Translations under genes and position numbers: made by a program | The notes under the pieces: model-generated | The model's input: the letters and a program-made list of their open reading frames with translations, nothing else | What the model was told of the DNA's origin: nothing | Database searches by the model: none | Part shown: positions 53,906 to 64,000 of the stretch, piece by piece | Layout: each line of letters opens with the position of its first letter | Position numbering within the stretch: the first letter of the stretch is position 1 | DNA from: Pseudomonadota bacterium | Lineage (GTDB): Bacteria; Pseudomonadota; Gammaproteobacteria; Burkholderiales; Burkholderiaceae | Direction: 5' to 3' | Assembly (NCBI GenBank): GCA_041158405.1 | Contig: JBEBBK010000001.1 | Span: forward strand, 5,240-69,239 | Length of the DNA stretch: 64,000 bases

Positions 53906-54265
53906 TTAGCCTGCGCGGACCGCTTTTTCGAGGCACTTCGACAGTTCTTCATAGCGTTTCATTGCTAACTTGGTAGGCACTACATGTTTTTTGCGACCAT
54001 CTTCCTCTGAGGCCATGTCGATTAAGCCCATCGCCCGCAAATTTTTCAGTCGGCCGTGTAAGGTTGCCTGGGAACCGAATTCAGCGAGCGAAATCAGATC
54101 ACCTACCAACATCACTTGACCTTGGTGCGCACTTAAAACAATTTTATTCAGCAAGCTTTCCTCGATGGCATCTACTTTCATGCCCGGATTGATGCGATCG
54201 AGCACATCAATTAGATTGAGAAAGCGAATATACGCCGGGTTTTTGGATTTGAAAGTAGCAGCCAT
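53906..54265 (-). CDS. uncharacterised winged-helix (MarR-like) protein
   Basis: SQATLHGRLKNL recognition-helix-like segment and DGRKK wing. Confidence 0.7.
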   Translation of the reverse strand: MAATFKSKNPAYIRFLNLIDVLDRINPGMKVDAIEESLLNKIVLSAHQGQVMLVGDLISLAEFGSQATLHGRLKNLRAMGLIDMASEEDGRKKHVVPTKLAMKRYEELSKCLEKAVRAG

Positions 54266-54382
54266 TTTGTATGTGACGAAGATGATTTATGAAGATGTAA
54301 TATAACAATATACACCCTAAGGCTAATTATAAACACCCACTGCCGTAATAGAGTGATGAATTAGGTGCATACAATAGAAGGC

Positions 54383-54958
54383 ATGAAATACCTCAGCATT
54401 ACATCTAGCAGCGCATCGCTTTTTCTGATGGGCGTCCTCATTAGTGCGCTACTGTACAGCACCTTATTTTTTCTCAATGACTTGGTCACTGAGGCTGTGA
54501 AATACGATCTAGGCGTGAGCTGGATTTACTTGCCAGCGGGCCTGCGTTTATTACTCATTTTGATTTTTGGTTTGGCTGGTGCGATCGGTATCGCTGTGGC
54601 CTCTTTTGCTATTTCCTATTTTGGGGTTTTCCCGACTGATTTAGTAACCTGTATCGGCATTGGGCTCATATCCGGATTTGCCCCGTTGTTAGCGAAGTTG
54701 CTTATTGTCTCAAGCATCCCCATTAATAATGACCTCAGTAATTTAAGCCTACAAAAAATTATTATCTGCGTTGTAGCGTATGCATTTATTAGTGCTGGAT
54801 TGCATCAGTATTGGTTTGAGTTACGCGACTTAGAGTCAAGCAGCTTAGATCATTTTCTCGTAATGTTTATTGGCGATATCGCAGGATCCATCTTGCTAAT
54901 CGCTGTCATCAAATACAGCATTGACTTGCTAAAGCGCAGCAAGCCTAAGCAGAATTAG
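54383..54958 (+). CDS. stand-alone MASE1-like membrane protein
   Basis: About 5-6 TM segments, [11 protein letters not shown] and MFIGDIAG motifs, no output domain. Confidence 0.65.
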   Translation: MKYLSITSSSASLFLMGVLISALLYSTLFFLNDLVTEAVKYDLGVSWIYLPAGLRLLLILIFGLAGAIGIAVASFAISYFGVFPTDLVTCIGIGLISGFAPLLAKLLIVSSIPINNDLSNLSLQKIIICVVAYAFISAGLHQYWFELRDLESSSLDHFLVMFIGDIAGSILLIAVIKYSIDLLKRSKPKQN

Positions 54959-55758
54959 GCAAACAACTCCGCCAGAGCCACGCCGGGGTCCGGCGCCCGC
55001 ATAAATACTTCGCCCACCAGAAATACATTGACATGATGCTCTCGCATGCGCAGAACATCCGCGCGCTCAAGGATGCCGGATTCAGTCACAATGATCTTGT
55101 CGTCACCAATGCTGCTGAGTAGGTTGACGGTGGTATCCAAGGTGACCTCAAACGTTTTGAGGTTGCGGTTATTGATACCGAGCAAAGGAGTTCTGAGCTG
55201 TAGTGCGGCCGTAAGCTCTTCTGCATTGTGTACTTCAACCAAGACATCCATGCCGAGATCGTGCGCGCATTGCTCGAGCTCACGCATCTGATCTAAATCC
55301 AGCGCCGCTGCAATTAAGAGGATAGCGTCTGCACCCATCGCCCGTGCCTCAAGCACCTGATAGGGATCAATCATAAAATCTTTGCGCAGAACAGGCAGGG
55401 AGCAAGCTGCGCGCGCCGCTTTTAAATACGCACTCGACCCCTGAAAATACTCGACATCCGTTAAGACTGAGAGGCAGGCAGCACCATGCTGCTCATAGCT
55501 TTTTGCAATCCATGCTGGCTCAAAATCAACACGCAAGACACCCTTACTGGGGCTGGCTTTTTTAATTTCAGCGATGATGCCCGGATTGCCATTGGCAAGC
55601 TTACGCTTAATGGCGGCCACGAATCCACGCGGCTTAAAAAGAGGGTCTTGACGCTGCAATTCGACTTGATCACGCAATGCGTTCATAGTCATAGTGCTCA
55701 GGCCATGTGCAACTTCGACACGCTTAGTTGAAATAATGCGGTCTAAGATATCGCTCAC
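54955..55758 (-). CDS. trpC: indole-3-glycerol phosphate synthase
   Basis: [24 protein letters not shown]. Confidence 0.97.
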   Translation of the reverse strand: MSDILDRIISTKRVEVAHGLSTMTMNALRDQVELQRQDPLFKPRGFVAAIKRKLANGNPGIIAEIKKASPSKGVLRVDFEPAWIAKSYEQHGAACLSVLTDVEYFQGSSAYLKAARAACSLPVLRKDFMIDPYQVLEARAMGADAILLIAAALDLDQMRELEQCAHDLGMDVLVEVHNAEELTAALQLRTPLLGINNRNLKTFEVTLDTTVNLLSSIGDDKIIVTESGILERADVLRMREHHVNVFLVGEVFMRAPDPGVALAELFA

Positions 55759-56783
55759 GATTTCACCTGAGTTGCCGCTATGAATTGATCTAAGGTGCTG
55801 CGTGCAGCGCCGCTTGCAATGGCGGCTTTAGCCATCGCAACTCCGGCAGCAATGTCCGGCACTAGATCGGCAACATAAAGTGTGGCGCCGGCATTAAGGC
55901 AAACAATATCGCTGGTAGGACCTGCCTCGCCGCTCAGAACGCGGAGCACAATCTGCTTGGACTCTTCGCTATTCGCCACCTGAAAACCGCTAGTGGGCGC
56001 GGTGCTTAAACCAAAATCATGCGGATGAATCTCATATTCACTCACCAGCCCATTTTTGAGTTCGCCGATGAGTGTGGGGCCCTCGAGGGAAATTTCATCG
56101 AGGCCATCGCGGCCAAACACGACCATGGCATGGCCCATTCCAAGCGACTGCAACACACGCGCCTGAATACCAACCAACTCCGCATTAAACACGCCCATCA
56201 GAATGTGTTTTGCATTGGCTGGATTGGTTAGCGGTCCCAAAATATTAAAAATGGTACGAACTCCAAGCTCTCTGCGAATGGGAACAACGTTCTTCATTGC
56301 GGGGTGGTGGTTTGGGGCAAACATAAAGCCAGCGCCAACATTACTGATGCAGTGTGCAACCTGCTCTGGGCTGAGTGCGAGATTGGCGCCCAACGCCTCT
56401 AAAACATCAGCGCTGCCGGACTTACTGCTCACGCTGCGATTACCATGCTTGGCAATTTTGGCACCAGCGGCAGCTGCCACAAACATTGCCGCTGTTGAAA
56501 TATTAAAGGTGTGTGCACCATCACCGCCAGTGCCAACCACATCGACTAAATGGGCGATGTTGGGCACATGCACTGGAGTAGCAAACTCGCGCATGACTTG
56601 TGCTGCCGTTGCGATTTCTCCGACGGTTTCTTTTTTGGTTCGCAGTGCGACTAAAAAAGCAGCGACCAGGGTGGGCGGAATATCACCGCTCATGATGTGG
56701 CGCATCATCGCGGTCATATCGGCATGACTTAGTTCACGACCTTCAATACAGCTTTGCAGGGCTTCGGATGGTGACATCGGCAT
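55755..56783 (-). CDS. trpD: anthranilate phosphoribosyltransferase
   Basis: [22 protein letters not shown]. Confidence 0.97.
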   Translation of the reverse strand: MPMSPSEALQSCIEGRELSHADMTAMMRHIMSGDIPPTLVAAFLVALRTKKETVGEIATAAQVMREFATPVHVPNIAHLVDVVGTGGDGAHTFNISTAAMFVAAAAGAKIAKHGNRSVSSKSGSADVLEALGANLALSPEQVAHCISNVGAGFMFAPNHHPAMKNVVPIRRELGVRTIFNILGPLTNPANAKHILMGVFNAELVGIQARVLQSLGMGHAMVVFGRDGLDEISLEGPTLIGELKNGLVSEYEIHPHDFGLSTAPTSGFQVANSEESKQIVLRVLSGEAGPTSDIVCLNAGATLYVADLVPDIAAGVAMAKAAIASGAARSTLDQFIAATQVKS

Positions 56784-56786
56784 GGC

Positions 56787-57359
56787 TTAATTTGCCTTTA
56801 ATTTCAGGAAGTTTTTGAGAAGGGCATGGCCTTGCTCAGACAAAATGGATTCAGGATGGAACTGGACACCCTCGATTGGTAACTCACGGTGCCGTACGCC
56901 CATGATTTCACCATCAGGAGATTGCGCCGTAATCTCTAAACACGCCGGGATGGTGTTGCGATCAATCGCCAGCGAGTGATAGCGCGTTACCGTAAATGGA
57001 CTGGGCAGCTTTTGAAATACCCCAACACCGGTATGTGTAATTGCATCGGTTTTACCGTGCATCACTTTCTGCGCACGAATGATGTCGCCGCCGAATGCTT
57101 CACCAATCGCCTGGTGGCCAAGGCAGACTCCCAAAATAGGCACCTTGCCAGCAAAGTGCTTAATCACTTCAACTGAAATGCCGGCCTCGCTTGGGCTGCA
57201 GGGTCCTGGTGAAATGCAAATGCGATCGGGTTTAAGTGCCTCAATCTGTTCAAGGGTGATTTCATCATTGCGATATACGCGAACATCTTCACCGAGTTCA
57301 GCAAAATACTGAACGAGGTTATAGGTGAACGAATCGTAGTTATCAATCATGAGGAGCAT
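56787..57359 (-). CDS. trpG: anthranilate synthase component II
   Basis: [23 protein letters not shown]. Confidence 0.95.
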   Translation of the reverse strand: MLLMIDNYDSFTYNLVQYFAELGEDVRVYRNDEITLEQIEALKPDRICISPGPCSPSEAGISVEVIKHFAGKVPILGVCLGHQAIGEAFGGDIIRAQKVMHGKTDAITHTGVGVFQKLPSPFTVTRYHSLAIDRNTIPACLEITAQSPDGEIMGVRHRELPIEGVQFHPESILSEQGHALLKNFLKLKAN

Positions 57360-58848
57360 CAAGACCTCCTTGTACTAAATCAGCAGCCATCAGAACCGCA
57401 CGTGCCTTGGCTTCGGTTTCACGCCATTCAGCGGCTGGGTCGGAGTCAGCTACAACCCCAGCACCTGCTTGCGAGTGCAGCATGCCATCGCGAATGACAC
57501 CCGTACGAATGACGATTGCCACATCCATGTCGCCAGAGAAAGACAGGTAACCGGCTGCACCGCCATAGATGCCACGCTTGGTAATCTCCATTTCATCTAT
57601 GATTTCCATGGCGCGTATTTTAGGAGCGCCCGATAAAGTACCTGCGGGGAAGGTGGCTCGGAGCACATTCATATTGCTCATATTATCGAGTAGCTCTCCT
57701 TCAACCGAGCTAACAATGTGCTGCACATGCGAGTATTTTTCAATCACCATCGAGTCGGTGACTTTAACCGTGCCCGTTTTAGCAATGCGACCTACATCGT
57801 TGCGCGCTAAATCAATGAGCATCACGTGTTCAGCAATTTCTTTGGGGTCAGCGAGTAGTTCGGTCGCTAAGCGCGCATCCTCTTCTGGAGTTGCGCCGCG
57901 GGGACGGGTTCCAGCCAGAGGTCGAATGGTCACAATCTTTTGTGATTCGCGCAGCTCTTGTCGCACTAAGATTTCCGGCGATGAGCCGACCACCTGCAAG
58001 TCGCCGAAATCATAGAAATACATATAGGGCGAGGGGTTTAATGAGCGCAATGCGCGGTAGAGTGCCAAGGGCGATTGGGTAAATGGCTTGCTAATGCGCT
58101 GACCAATCACCACTTGCATGCAGTCGCCTGCCAAGATGTAGTCTTTCGTACGGCGAACAGCGGCTTCAAAATCGGCAGCATCAAATCGGCGAATCAATTC
58201 GGTTTTAGTGCTTGGCAGCGTTGCCGGCATGGAGATTGAGCGACCGATACACTGACGCAGCTCATCCAATCTCGCTTGTGCCCGATCAAAATCATTTTTA
58301 ATATTGGGGTCGGCGTACACAATTAAATAAATGCGACCCGCTACGTTATCAATCACTGCGAGCTCTTCGGTGAGCATCAATTGAATGTCGGGCACATGCA
58401 ATTCATCGGGCAAGGTATGTTGTGCAAGGCGGGACTCGATGTAGCGCACCGTGTCATAGCCAAAATAGCCTGCGAGCCCACCGCAAAAACGGGGTAGGCC
58501 GGGCGGAACGGCTACCTTAAAGCGCTTAAAGTAGGCATCCACAAAATCCAATGGGTTGTCGTGGTTAGTTTCGACAACCACGCCATCAGTGACGACTTCG
58601 GTGGTAGGCGCGAGCGGAGTGCCAATCGAGCGGAGGATGGTTTTTGCTGGAAGACCGATAAATGAAAAGCGCCCAAAACGCTCGCCCCCAACAACAGACT
58701 CTAGTAAGTAAGTATTTTTTTGACCGCTGGTGCTCGTGAGCTTGAGGTAAAGGGATAGCGGTGTTTCTAGATCGGCTAGTGTTTCTTGTACAAGGGGTAT
58801 GCGATTAAAACCCTGAATGGCTAGGGCATCAAATTCAGCGCGTTGCAT
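57343..58848 (-). CDS. trpE: anthranilate synthase component I
   Basis: [27 protein letters not shown]. Confidence 0.96.
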   Translation of the reverse strand: MQRAEFDALAIQGFNRIPLVQETLADLETPLSLYLKLTSTSGQKNTYLLESVVGGERFGRFSFIGLPAKTILRSIGTPLAPTTEVVTDGVVVETNHDNPLDFVDAYFKRFKVAVPPGLPRFCGGLAGYFGYDTVRYIESRLAQHTLPDELHVPDIQLMLTEELAVIDNVAGRIYLIVYADPNIKNDFDRAQARLDELRQCIGRSISMPATLPSTKTELIRRFDAADFEAAVRRTKDYILAGDCMQVVIGQRISKPFTQSPLALYRALRSLNPSPYMYFYDFGDLQVVGSSPEILVRQELRESQKIVTIRPLAGTRPRGATPEEDARLATELLADPKEIAEHVMLIDLARNDVGRIAKTGTVKVTDSMVIEKYSHVQHIVSSVEGELLDNMSNMNVLRATFPAGTLSGAPKIRAMEIIDEMEITKRGIYGGAAGYLSFSGDMDVAIVIRTGVIRDGMLHSQAGAGVVADSDPAAEWRETEAKARAVLMAADLVQGGLDAPHD

Positions 58849-59567
58849 TAGGCTTTGCTCACTTCCGTTCGCATGGCCGTAATGACATCAGCGTAATTTG
58901 GTTTGCCAAAAATAGCCGATCCGGCAACAAAGGTATCGGCACCCGCCTTGGCAATCGCCGCGATATTGTCAACCTTAATGCCACCATCAACTTCAAGGCG
59001 AATGTGTTTGCCGGTCTCCTGCTCATGGCGATCCAGGCGCGCACGTAGCGTCGTAATTTTCTCTAGCGTGCTCGGAATAAAGGACTGCCCGCCAAAACCA
59101 GGATTCACCGACATCAGCAAAACCAAATCAATTAAATCCAAGGTGTGATCGAGGTGATCCAGCGGCGTAGCTGGATTAAACACGAGGCCAGCGTAGCAGC
59201 CGTTATCACGAATCAAATTGAGGCTGCGGTGCACGTGGCCACTTGCTTCTGGGTGGAAGCTAATTAAATTAGCTCCTGCCTTAGCGAAGTCTGGAATGAT
59301 GCGGTCAACGGGCTCCACCATTAAATGGACATCAATCATGGCTGGCTTGCCATCTTTCACGGCATAGGAGCGGATGGCTTCGCAAACCAAAGGCCCAATG
59401 GTGAGATTGGGTACGTAATGGTTGTCCATCACATCAAAGTGCACCCAGTCTGCCCCGGCGGACAAAACGCCAGTGACTTCTTCGCCCAAGCGAGCAAAGT
59501 CGGCGGACAGAATGGATGGGGCAATAAGGCACTGCTTCGATTGACCTAGTTCTGGCTTTTGGCTCAT
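58848..59567 (-). CDS. rpe: ribulose-phosphate 3-epimerase
   Basis: [26 protein letters not shown]. Confidence 0.97.
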   Translation of the reverse strand: MSQKPELGQSKQCLIAPSILSADFARLGEEVTGVLSAGADWVHFDVMDNHYVPNLTIGPLVCEAIRSYAVKDGKPAMIDVHLMVEPVDRIIPDFAKAGANLISFHPEASGHVHRSLNLIRDNGCYAGLVFNPATPLDHLDHTLDLIDLVLLMSVNPGFGGQSFIPSTLEKITTLRARLDRHEQETGKHIRLEVDGGIKVDNIAAIAKAGADTFVAGSAIFGKPNYADVITAMRTEVSKA

Positions 59568-59651
59568 ATTGGCTTGAAAGAAAAGGGTTTTTGACTATCC
59601 ATACCTAGATTCTAGCTTGCAGTTGCCTTCAGGATGAAGCAGAATGCCTCC

Positions 59652-60026
59652 ATGAATTCCCACGAAATCCGTATTTCTGTACGCTCCCAGTACTTGCCAG
59701 AGCAGTCTGACCCCGATAACCGGCAATTTGCCTTTGCCTACACGGTCACGATTCGCAATGTCGGCACTACCCCGGTGCAGCTCATTGCACGCCACTGGCA
59801 TATTACCGATGGCGACAATGCCGTACAGGAAGTTCGTGGTTTAGGGATTGTGGGGCAGCAGCCCCTATTGCGTGCCGGCGAGCAGTTTGAGTACACCAGT
59901 TGGGCCACTTTGCCCACGCCTGCCGGCACCATGCGCGGAGAATACTTCTGCGTTACAGAGGATGCCCACTTTTTTCAGGCGCCGATCGCTGAATTTGCTC
60001 TCGTGATGCCGCGCACCCTTCATTAA
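59652..60026 (+). CDS. apaG: ApaG protein
   Basis: FAYTVTIRN, RHWHITD, GIVGQQP. Confidence 0.95.
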   Translation: MNSHEIRISVRSQYLPEQSDPDNRQFAFAYTVTIRNVGTTPVQLIARHWHITDGDNAVQEVRGLGIVGQQPLLRAGEQFEYTSWATLPTPAGTMRGEYFCVTEDAHFFQAPIAEFALVMPRTLH

Positions 60027-60038
60027 GGGTGTGGGGGC

Positions 60039-60158
60039 TTAGTCCTCTTTTCTGCCCTTACTGGTCCAAAAAACAATGAATAAAAGTAGGCATAAGGCCA
60101 GCAGGCCCTCGAGTACAAACAGCAGCATGGGGTATTGATCGAGTAAATTGGCAATCAT
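60039..60158 (-). CDS. putative 39-aa single-TM small protein
   Basis: MIANLLDQYPMLLFVLEGLLALCLLLFIVFWTSKGRKED; fills the apaG-mltA gap. Confidence 0.5.
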   Translation of the reverse strand: MIANLLDQYPMLLFVLEGLLALCLLLFIVFWTSKGRKED

Positions 60159-60162
60159 GATG

Positions 60163-61332
60163 ATGAATTGGCACCCTTTTAATAAAAGCAAGAAACAGCA
60201 ATCGCTGCACCGGTGCCATCTTATCGCGATGTTCGCTCTGGTGCTGGTCTTGCTGGTGGGGTGCGCTACCCCGCCCACACGAGCCCCAGGACAACGAGCG
60301 CCAGCGACAGAGAGTAGCGCCCCTGCAGCAAGCTTTACTAGCCCCATCGCCACGTTTAGTGCCGTAGCGTGGCAGCAAATACCAGGCTGGCAAGAAGATG
60401 ACTTGAGCGCAGCGTGGTCTGCATGGCTTGAAAGCTGCAAAGCCATGGTGAAGCGCAATAGCACCCGATCCTGGAGCGGCGTTTGTGATCGAGCCAAAAC
60501 CGTATCTGGCTCGAATCCACAAGCAGTGCGACGCTATTTTGAGGATGCGTTTCAGGCATACGCCATTCGCAGCAATTCCACTGGCAGTGAAACCGGATTG
60601 GTGACCGGCTATTACGAGCCGATCATGAATGGCTCGCGTGTACGCACCTCGCGATATGCCGTGCCCCTATATGGCTATCCCGCAGCATGGAGCCGCAATA
60701 AACCAAATCCAGGACCAACGCGTGCTGAGTTGATGGACTCAAATCTATTGCGCGGCTCAGAGCTGGTTTGGGTCGAAGACCCGGTTGCTGCAGCCTTCAT
60801 GCAAATTCAGGGCTCGGGCAAAATCAAACTGGATGATGGCACGGTGTTGCGCTTTGGCTTTGCTGGTACGAATGAACAGCCATTCAAATCCTTTGCCCAG
60901 TGGCTTTTGAATAAAGGCGAGATCACCCGCAGCCAAGCGACGATGCAAGGCATTCAGAGCTGGGCTAAGCGCAATCCGCGCCGCGTAGAAGAAATGCTCA
61001 ATGCGAATCCGCGGTTTGTATTCTTTAAAGAGTTACCGAGTAATGTCAGTCCAGATTTAGGTCCGATCGGTGCGCTTGGCGTGCCATTAACCGCAGAGCG
61101 CAGCATTGCAGTCGACCTTAAAGCAATGCCGCTTGGGGCGCCTGTTTTTATTGTAACGACTCGCCCTTTGAGTAAGCAAACCTTACGCCGCTTAGTTATG
61201 GCGCAAGATACAGGGACTGCTATTGTCGGCGGTGTTCGTGCCGATTACTATTGGGGTACCGGCGATGCTGCCGGAGAGCTTGCTGGCAGGATGAAGCAAG
61301 ACGGGCAGATGTGGTTACTATTACCGAAATAA
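60163..61332 (+). CDS. mltA: membrane-bound lytic murein transglycosylase A (start uncertain)
   Basis: Lipobox [24 protein letters not shown]...RADYYWG. Confidence 0.93.
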   Translation: MNWHPFNKSKKQQSLHRCHLIAMFALVLVLLVGCATPPTRAPGQRAPATESSAPAASFTSPIATFSAVAWQQIPGWQEDDLSAAWSAWLESCKAMVKRNSTRSWSGVCDRAKTVSGSNPQAVRRYFEDAFQAYAIRSNSTGSETGLVTGYYEPIMNGSRVRTSRYAVPLYGYPAAWSRNKPNPGPTRAELMDSNLLRGSELVWVEDPVAAAFMQIQGSGKIKLDDGTVLRFGFAGTNEQPFKSFAQWLLNKGEITRSQATMQGIQSWAKRNPRRVEEMLNANPRFVFFKELPSNVSPDLGPIGALGVPLTAERSIAVDLKAMPLGAPVFIVTTRPLSKQTLRRLVMAQDTGTAIVGGVRADYYWGTGDAAGELAGRMKQDGQMWLLLPK

Positions 61333-61379
61333 ATGCACGCAATCATGAGCTACAACATCGCAACCGCTTAAAGGAAAAA

Positions 61380-62156
61380 ATGCATTACGACACCATACTC
61401 ACCGCCGTCGATGGCAAAGTAGCAACGATTACCTTAAATCGCCCACAGGTCCTCAATGCCTTAAACGATGCCCTGATGGATGAGTTGGGTGCGGCCTTAT
61501 TGACATTTGATGCAGATGATCAGATTGGCTGCATCATTATTACCGGTAGTGAGAAAGCATTCGCTGCTGGCGCAGACATTGCGAAGATGGCTCAGTATGA
61601 ATTTCATGAAGTGTATCGACAGGACTTCATTACCCGCAATTGGGAGACCATTCGACACATTCGCAAGCCAGTAATTGCGGCGGTGAATGGCTATGCACTT
61701 GGCGGAGGTTGCGAGCTAGCCATGATGTGCGACATGATCTTTTCCGGCGATGGCGCTAAGTTTGGTCAGCCCGAAGTGAAGTTGGGCATTCTGCCTGGTG
61801 CTGGCGGTACGCAGCGCTTGCCCAGAGCAGTCTCTAAATCCAAAGCAATGGACCTTTGCCTTACTGGCCGGATGATGGATGCCCTAGAGGCCGAGCGCGC
61901 CGGTTTAGTGAGCCGGATTTTCCCCGCCGCAGAATTGCTCACTCAAGTGGGCGCAATTGCAAAAACCATTGCCGACATGCCGCTATTAACTACCATTATG
62001 GTGAAAGAAAGCATCAATGCGGCGTATGAGATGCCTTTATCGGAAGGCATTCGTTTTGAGCGTCGCCTCTTTCATAGTTGTTTTGGAACGGACGATCAAA
62101 AAGAAGGAATGGCTGCATTCATGGAGAAGCGGCCGCCAAAATTTAAAAACTCCTAA
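61380..62156 (+). CDS. enoyl-CoA hydratase
   Basis: [32 protein letters not shown]. Confidence 0.93.
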   Translation: MHYDTILTAVDGKVATITLNRPQVLNALNDALMDELGAALLTFDADDQIGCIIITGSEKAFAAGADIAKMAQYEFHEVYRQDFITRNWETIRHIRKPVIAAVNGYALGGGCELAMMCDMIFSGDGAKFGQPEVKLGILPGAGGTQRLPRAVSKSKAMDLCLTGRMMDALEAERAGLVSRIFPAAELLTQVGAIAKTIADMPLLTTIMVKESINAAYEMPLSEGIRFERRLFHSCFGTDDQKEGMAAFMEKRPPKFKNS

Positions 62157-62174
62157 AACACGTGCTTTGGGAGT

Positions 62175-63371
62175 TTAGGGCTTCGCCAGGTATTTCTGCG
62201 CCAATGCGACCCAGTAGTTAACCCCGACGGGAATCAATGCGTCATTAAAGTCGTACGAGGGGTTGTGTAGGTGACATGGCCCCATGCCATGACCGATGCT
62301 GCGATGATCGCCATCGCCATTGCCTAAAAATACATAGCATCCGGGTTTTTCTTGCAACATAAAGGCAAAGTCTTCCGCTCCCATAGTCGGGTCAATGCGG
62401 GGGTTTACTTTATCTGCGCCGACTAGACCCTGCATAACGCCGATGGCAAATTGTGTTTCATGCTCATGGTTAATGGTGGGCGGGTAGTTGCGTGTGAAGA
62501 CAACATCGGCCTCGCAATCAAAACCTTGCGCAACATGTTGGGCAACTTCATTTAAGCGTCGCTCAATCAGGTCGAGCACTTCGTTCGTGAAGGTGCGAAC
62601 CGTACCCCCGATGAGCGCGCTGTCGGGAATCACATTACTGGTCTCACCGGCATGAAACTGCGTCACCGATAGAACGGCGGCATCGACCGGGCGCTTATTG
62701 CGGGTAATGATACTCTGCAGTGCTGTCACTACATGTGCTCCAGCAAGAACCGGATCAGCACTGTTGTGCGGCAAAGCTGCATGACCGCCTTTGCCACGAA
62801 TGGTAATCGTGAACTCATTGCTAGAGGCCATCATGGGCCCGGGGGTTACTCCAAAATGACCTTCGGCTAAGCCCGGCCAATTGTGTAAGCCAAAAACGGC
62901 ATCGCACGGAAATTGCTTAAACAAGCCGTCGGCAATCATTTCGCGAGCACCACCACCACCTTCTTCTGCCGGCTGGAAAATAAAAATGATCGAGCCAGCA
63001 AAGTTACGGTGGCTTGAAAAGTAGTGTGCAGCGCCCAGCAATATGGCTGTGTGCCCATCGTGACCGCAGGCATGCATTTTTCCGGGATGTTGCGAGGCAT
63101 GCGCAAAGGCATTTTTTTCTTGCAGCGGTAATGCATCCATATCCGCCCGCAAACCAATCATTTTTCCTGGGCCTACGTCACCGTCAATGCGGCCGACCAC
63201 GCCTGTCTTACCAAGGCCACGCACTATGGGAATGCCCCAACGGGTCAAGGTCTCCGCTACAAGTTCCGCTGTACGGATTTCCTCAAAGCGCAACTCGGGG
63301 TGCGCGTGGATGTCGCGTCGAATCGCTTGAATGGTGGCCGCTGAATCGACGATTTCAGGAAGTAATCGCAT
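62175..63371 (-). CDS. M20 amidohydrolase (hippuricase-like)
   Basis: RADMDALP, HACGHDGH, QPAEE, GAEDF. Confidence 0.93.
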   Translation of the reverse strand: MRLLPEIVDSAATIQAIRRDIHAHPELRFEEIRTAELVAETLTRWGIPIVRGLGKTGVVGRIDGDVGPGKMIGLRADMDALPLQEKNAFAHASQHPGKMHACGHDGHTAILLGAAHYFSSHRNFAGSIIFIFQPAEEGGGGAREMIADGLFKQFPCDAVFGLHNWPGLAEGHFGVTPGPMMASSNEFTITIRGKGGHAALPHNSADPVLAGAHVVTALQSIITRNKRPVDAAVLSVTQFHAGETSNVIPDSALIGGTVRTFTNEVLDLIERRLNEVAQHVAQGFDCEADVVFTRNYPPTINHEHETQFAIGVMQGLVGADKVNPRIDPTMGAEDFAFMLQEKPGCYVFLGNGDGDHRSIGHGMGPCHLHNPSYDFNDALIPVGVNYWVALAQKYLAKP

Positions 63372-63480
63372 AGGATGATCTTATCTGAAAGGGAATTCAC
63401 CTGCATATTGCAATGCAATACGTTATAAATCATGAAAAATACGAATATTGCTACAGTACGGAAACAACATTGTGGAACCT

Positions 63481-64000
63481 ATGTCAAACACTACCCCACC
63501 CCTTCCTTGGCTTACGCAATATCCACCTGGCGTACCGGCGCAACTAGATTACAGCGCCCATCAGTCGCTAGTCGAGGTGTTGGAAGACGCGTTCAGCCGC
63601 TATGCAGAGCGGACAGCCTTTTGGTGCATGGGCAAAGGCCTTACCTATCGCGAACTAGACGCGGCATCATTGCAATTTGCTAGCTACTTGCAGGGCATCG
63701 GATTAAGCAAGGGCGCACGCGTGGCAATGATGCTGCCCAACTTACCGCAATACCCCGTGGCTCTATACGGAATTATGCGGGCGGGGTATGTGGTGGTGAG
63801 CATCAATCCCCAGTACACCGCGCATGAATTGGAGTTTCAGTTGCGCGATAGCGGTGCTGAAGCGATTGTGGTTTTGGAGCATTTTGGTAGCACCCTAGAG
63901 CAAGCGCTCCACATCAATCCAAGTCTGCCAATCAAGCACGCGTTTGTCAGTAGCATTGGTGAATTTTTGGGCTGGCGCGGTCCTTGGCTCGATCGCTTTA
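63481..64000 (+). CDS. long-chain fatty acid-CoA ligase (5' part; runs off window end)
   Basis: MSNTTPPLPWLTQYPPGVP...LTYRELD...RVAMMLPNLPQYP...NPQYTAHELEFQLRDSGA. Confidence 0.88.
   Translation, partial: MSNTTPPLPWLTQYPPGVPAQLDYSAHQSLVEVLEDAFSRYAERTAFWCMGKGLTYRELDAASLQFASYLQGIGLSKGARVAMMLPNLPQYPVALYGIMRAGYVVVSINPQYTAHELEFQLRDSGAEAIVVLEHFGSTLEQALHINPSLPIKHAFVSSIGEFLGWRGPWLDRF

Noticed and set aside
60058-60522. 152-154 aa minus-strand ORFs overlapping mltA
   Set aside because: Antisense to mltA; only the last 39 codons of 60039..60497 look protein-like

Overview
Compact, gene-dense betaproteobacterial core-chromosome window. Gene order and protein style suggest Burkholderiaceae, probably Polynucleobacter-like (inference, no search run). 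Order: aroB-aroK-pilQ, mrcA, a Y1/HUH (RAYT-like) transposase, gltBD, mlaFEDACB, ABC pair, bolA-murA-his operon-HIT-tatABC, Sel1-repeat protein, porin, degQ, mscL (frameshifted), petABC-sspAB, tRNA-Thr(UGU), MFS transporter, phasin, rmuC, grxD-prmC-prfA-hemA, ung, M61 peptidase, dsbC, Ubi hydroxylase, ychF, trpCDGE-rpe, apaG, mltA, enoyl-CoA hydratase, M20 hydrolase, fadD. Small accessory cassettes sit between core genes: three intact type II toxin-antitoxin (TA) pairs, an antitoxin-like remnant, an inverted hisC and a divergent winged-helix/membrane-protein pair. Best leads: (1) an intact, apparently domesticated HUH transposase with an AT-hook-like tail, followed by a REP-like inverted repeat directly upstream of the predicted gltBD promoter; (2) an uncharacterised wHTH plus MASE1-like pair, with a second unannotated, start-less wHTH paralogue behind the porin; (3) a Sel1 protein with a degenerate integrase-like C-terminus; (4) recurrent leaderless-type promoters. 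No CRISPR array, rRNA or prophage seen. All assignments are by eye from motifs and synteny.
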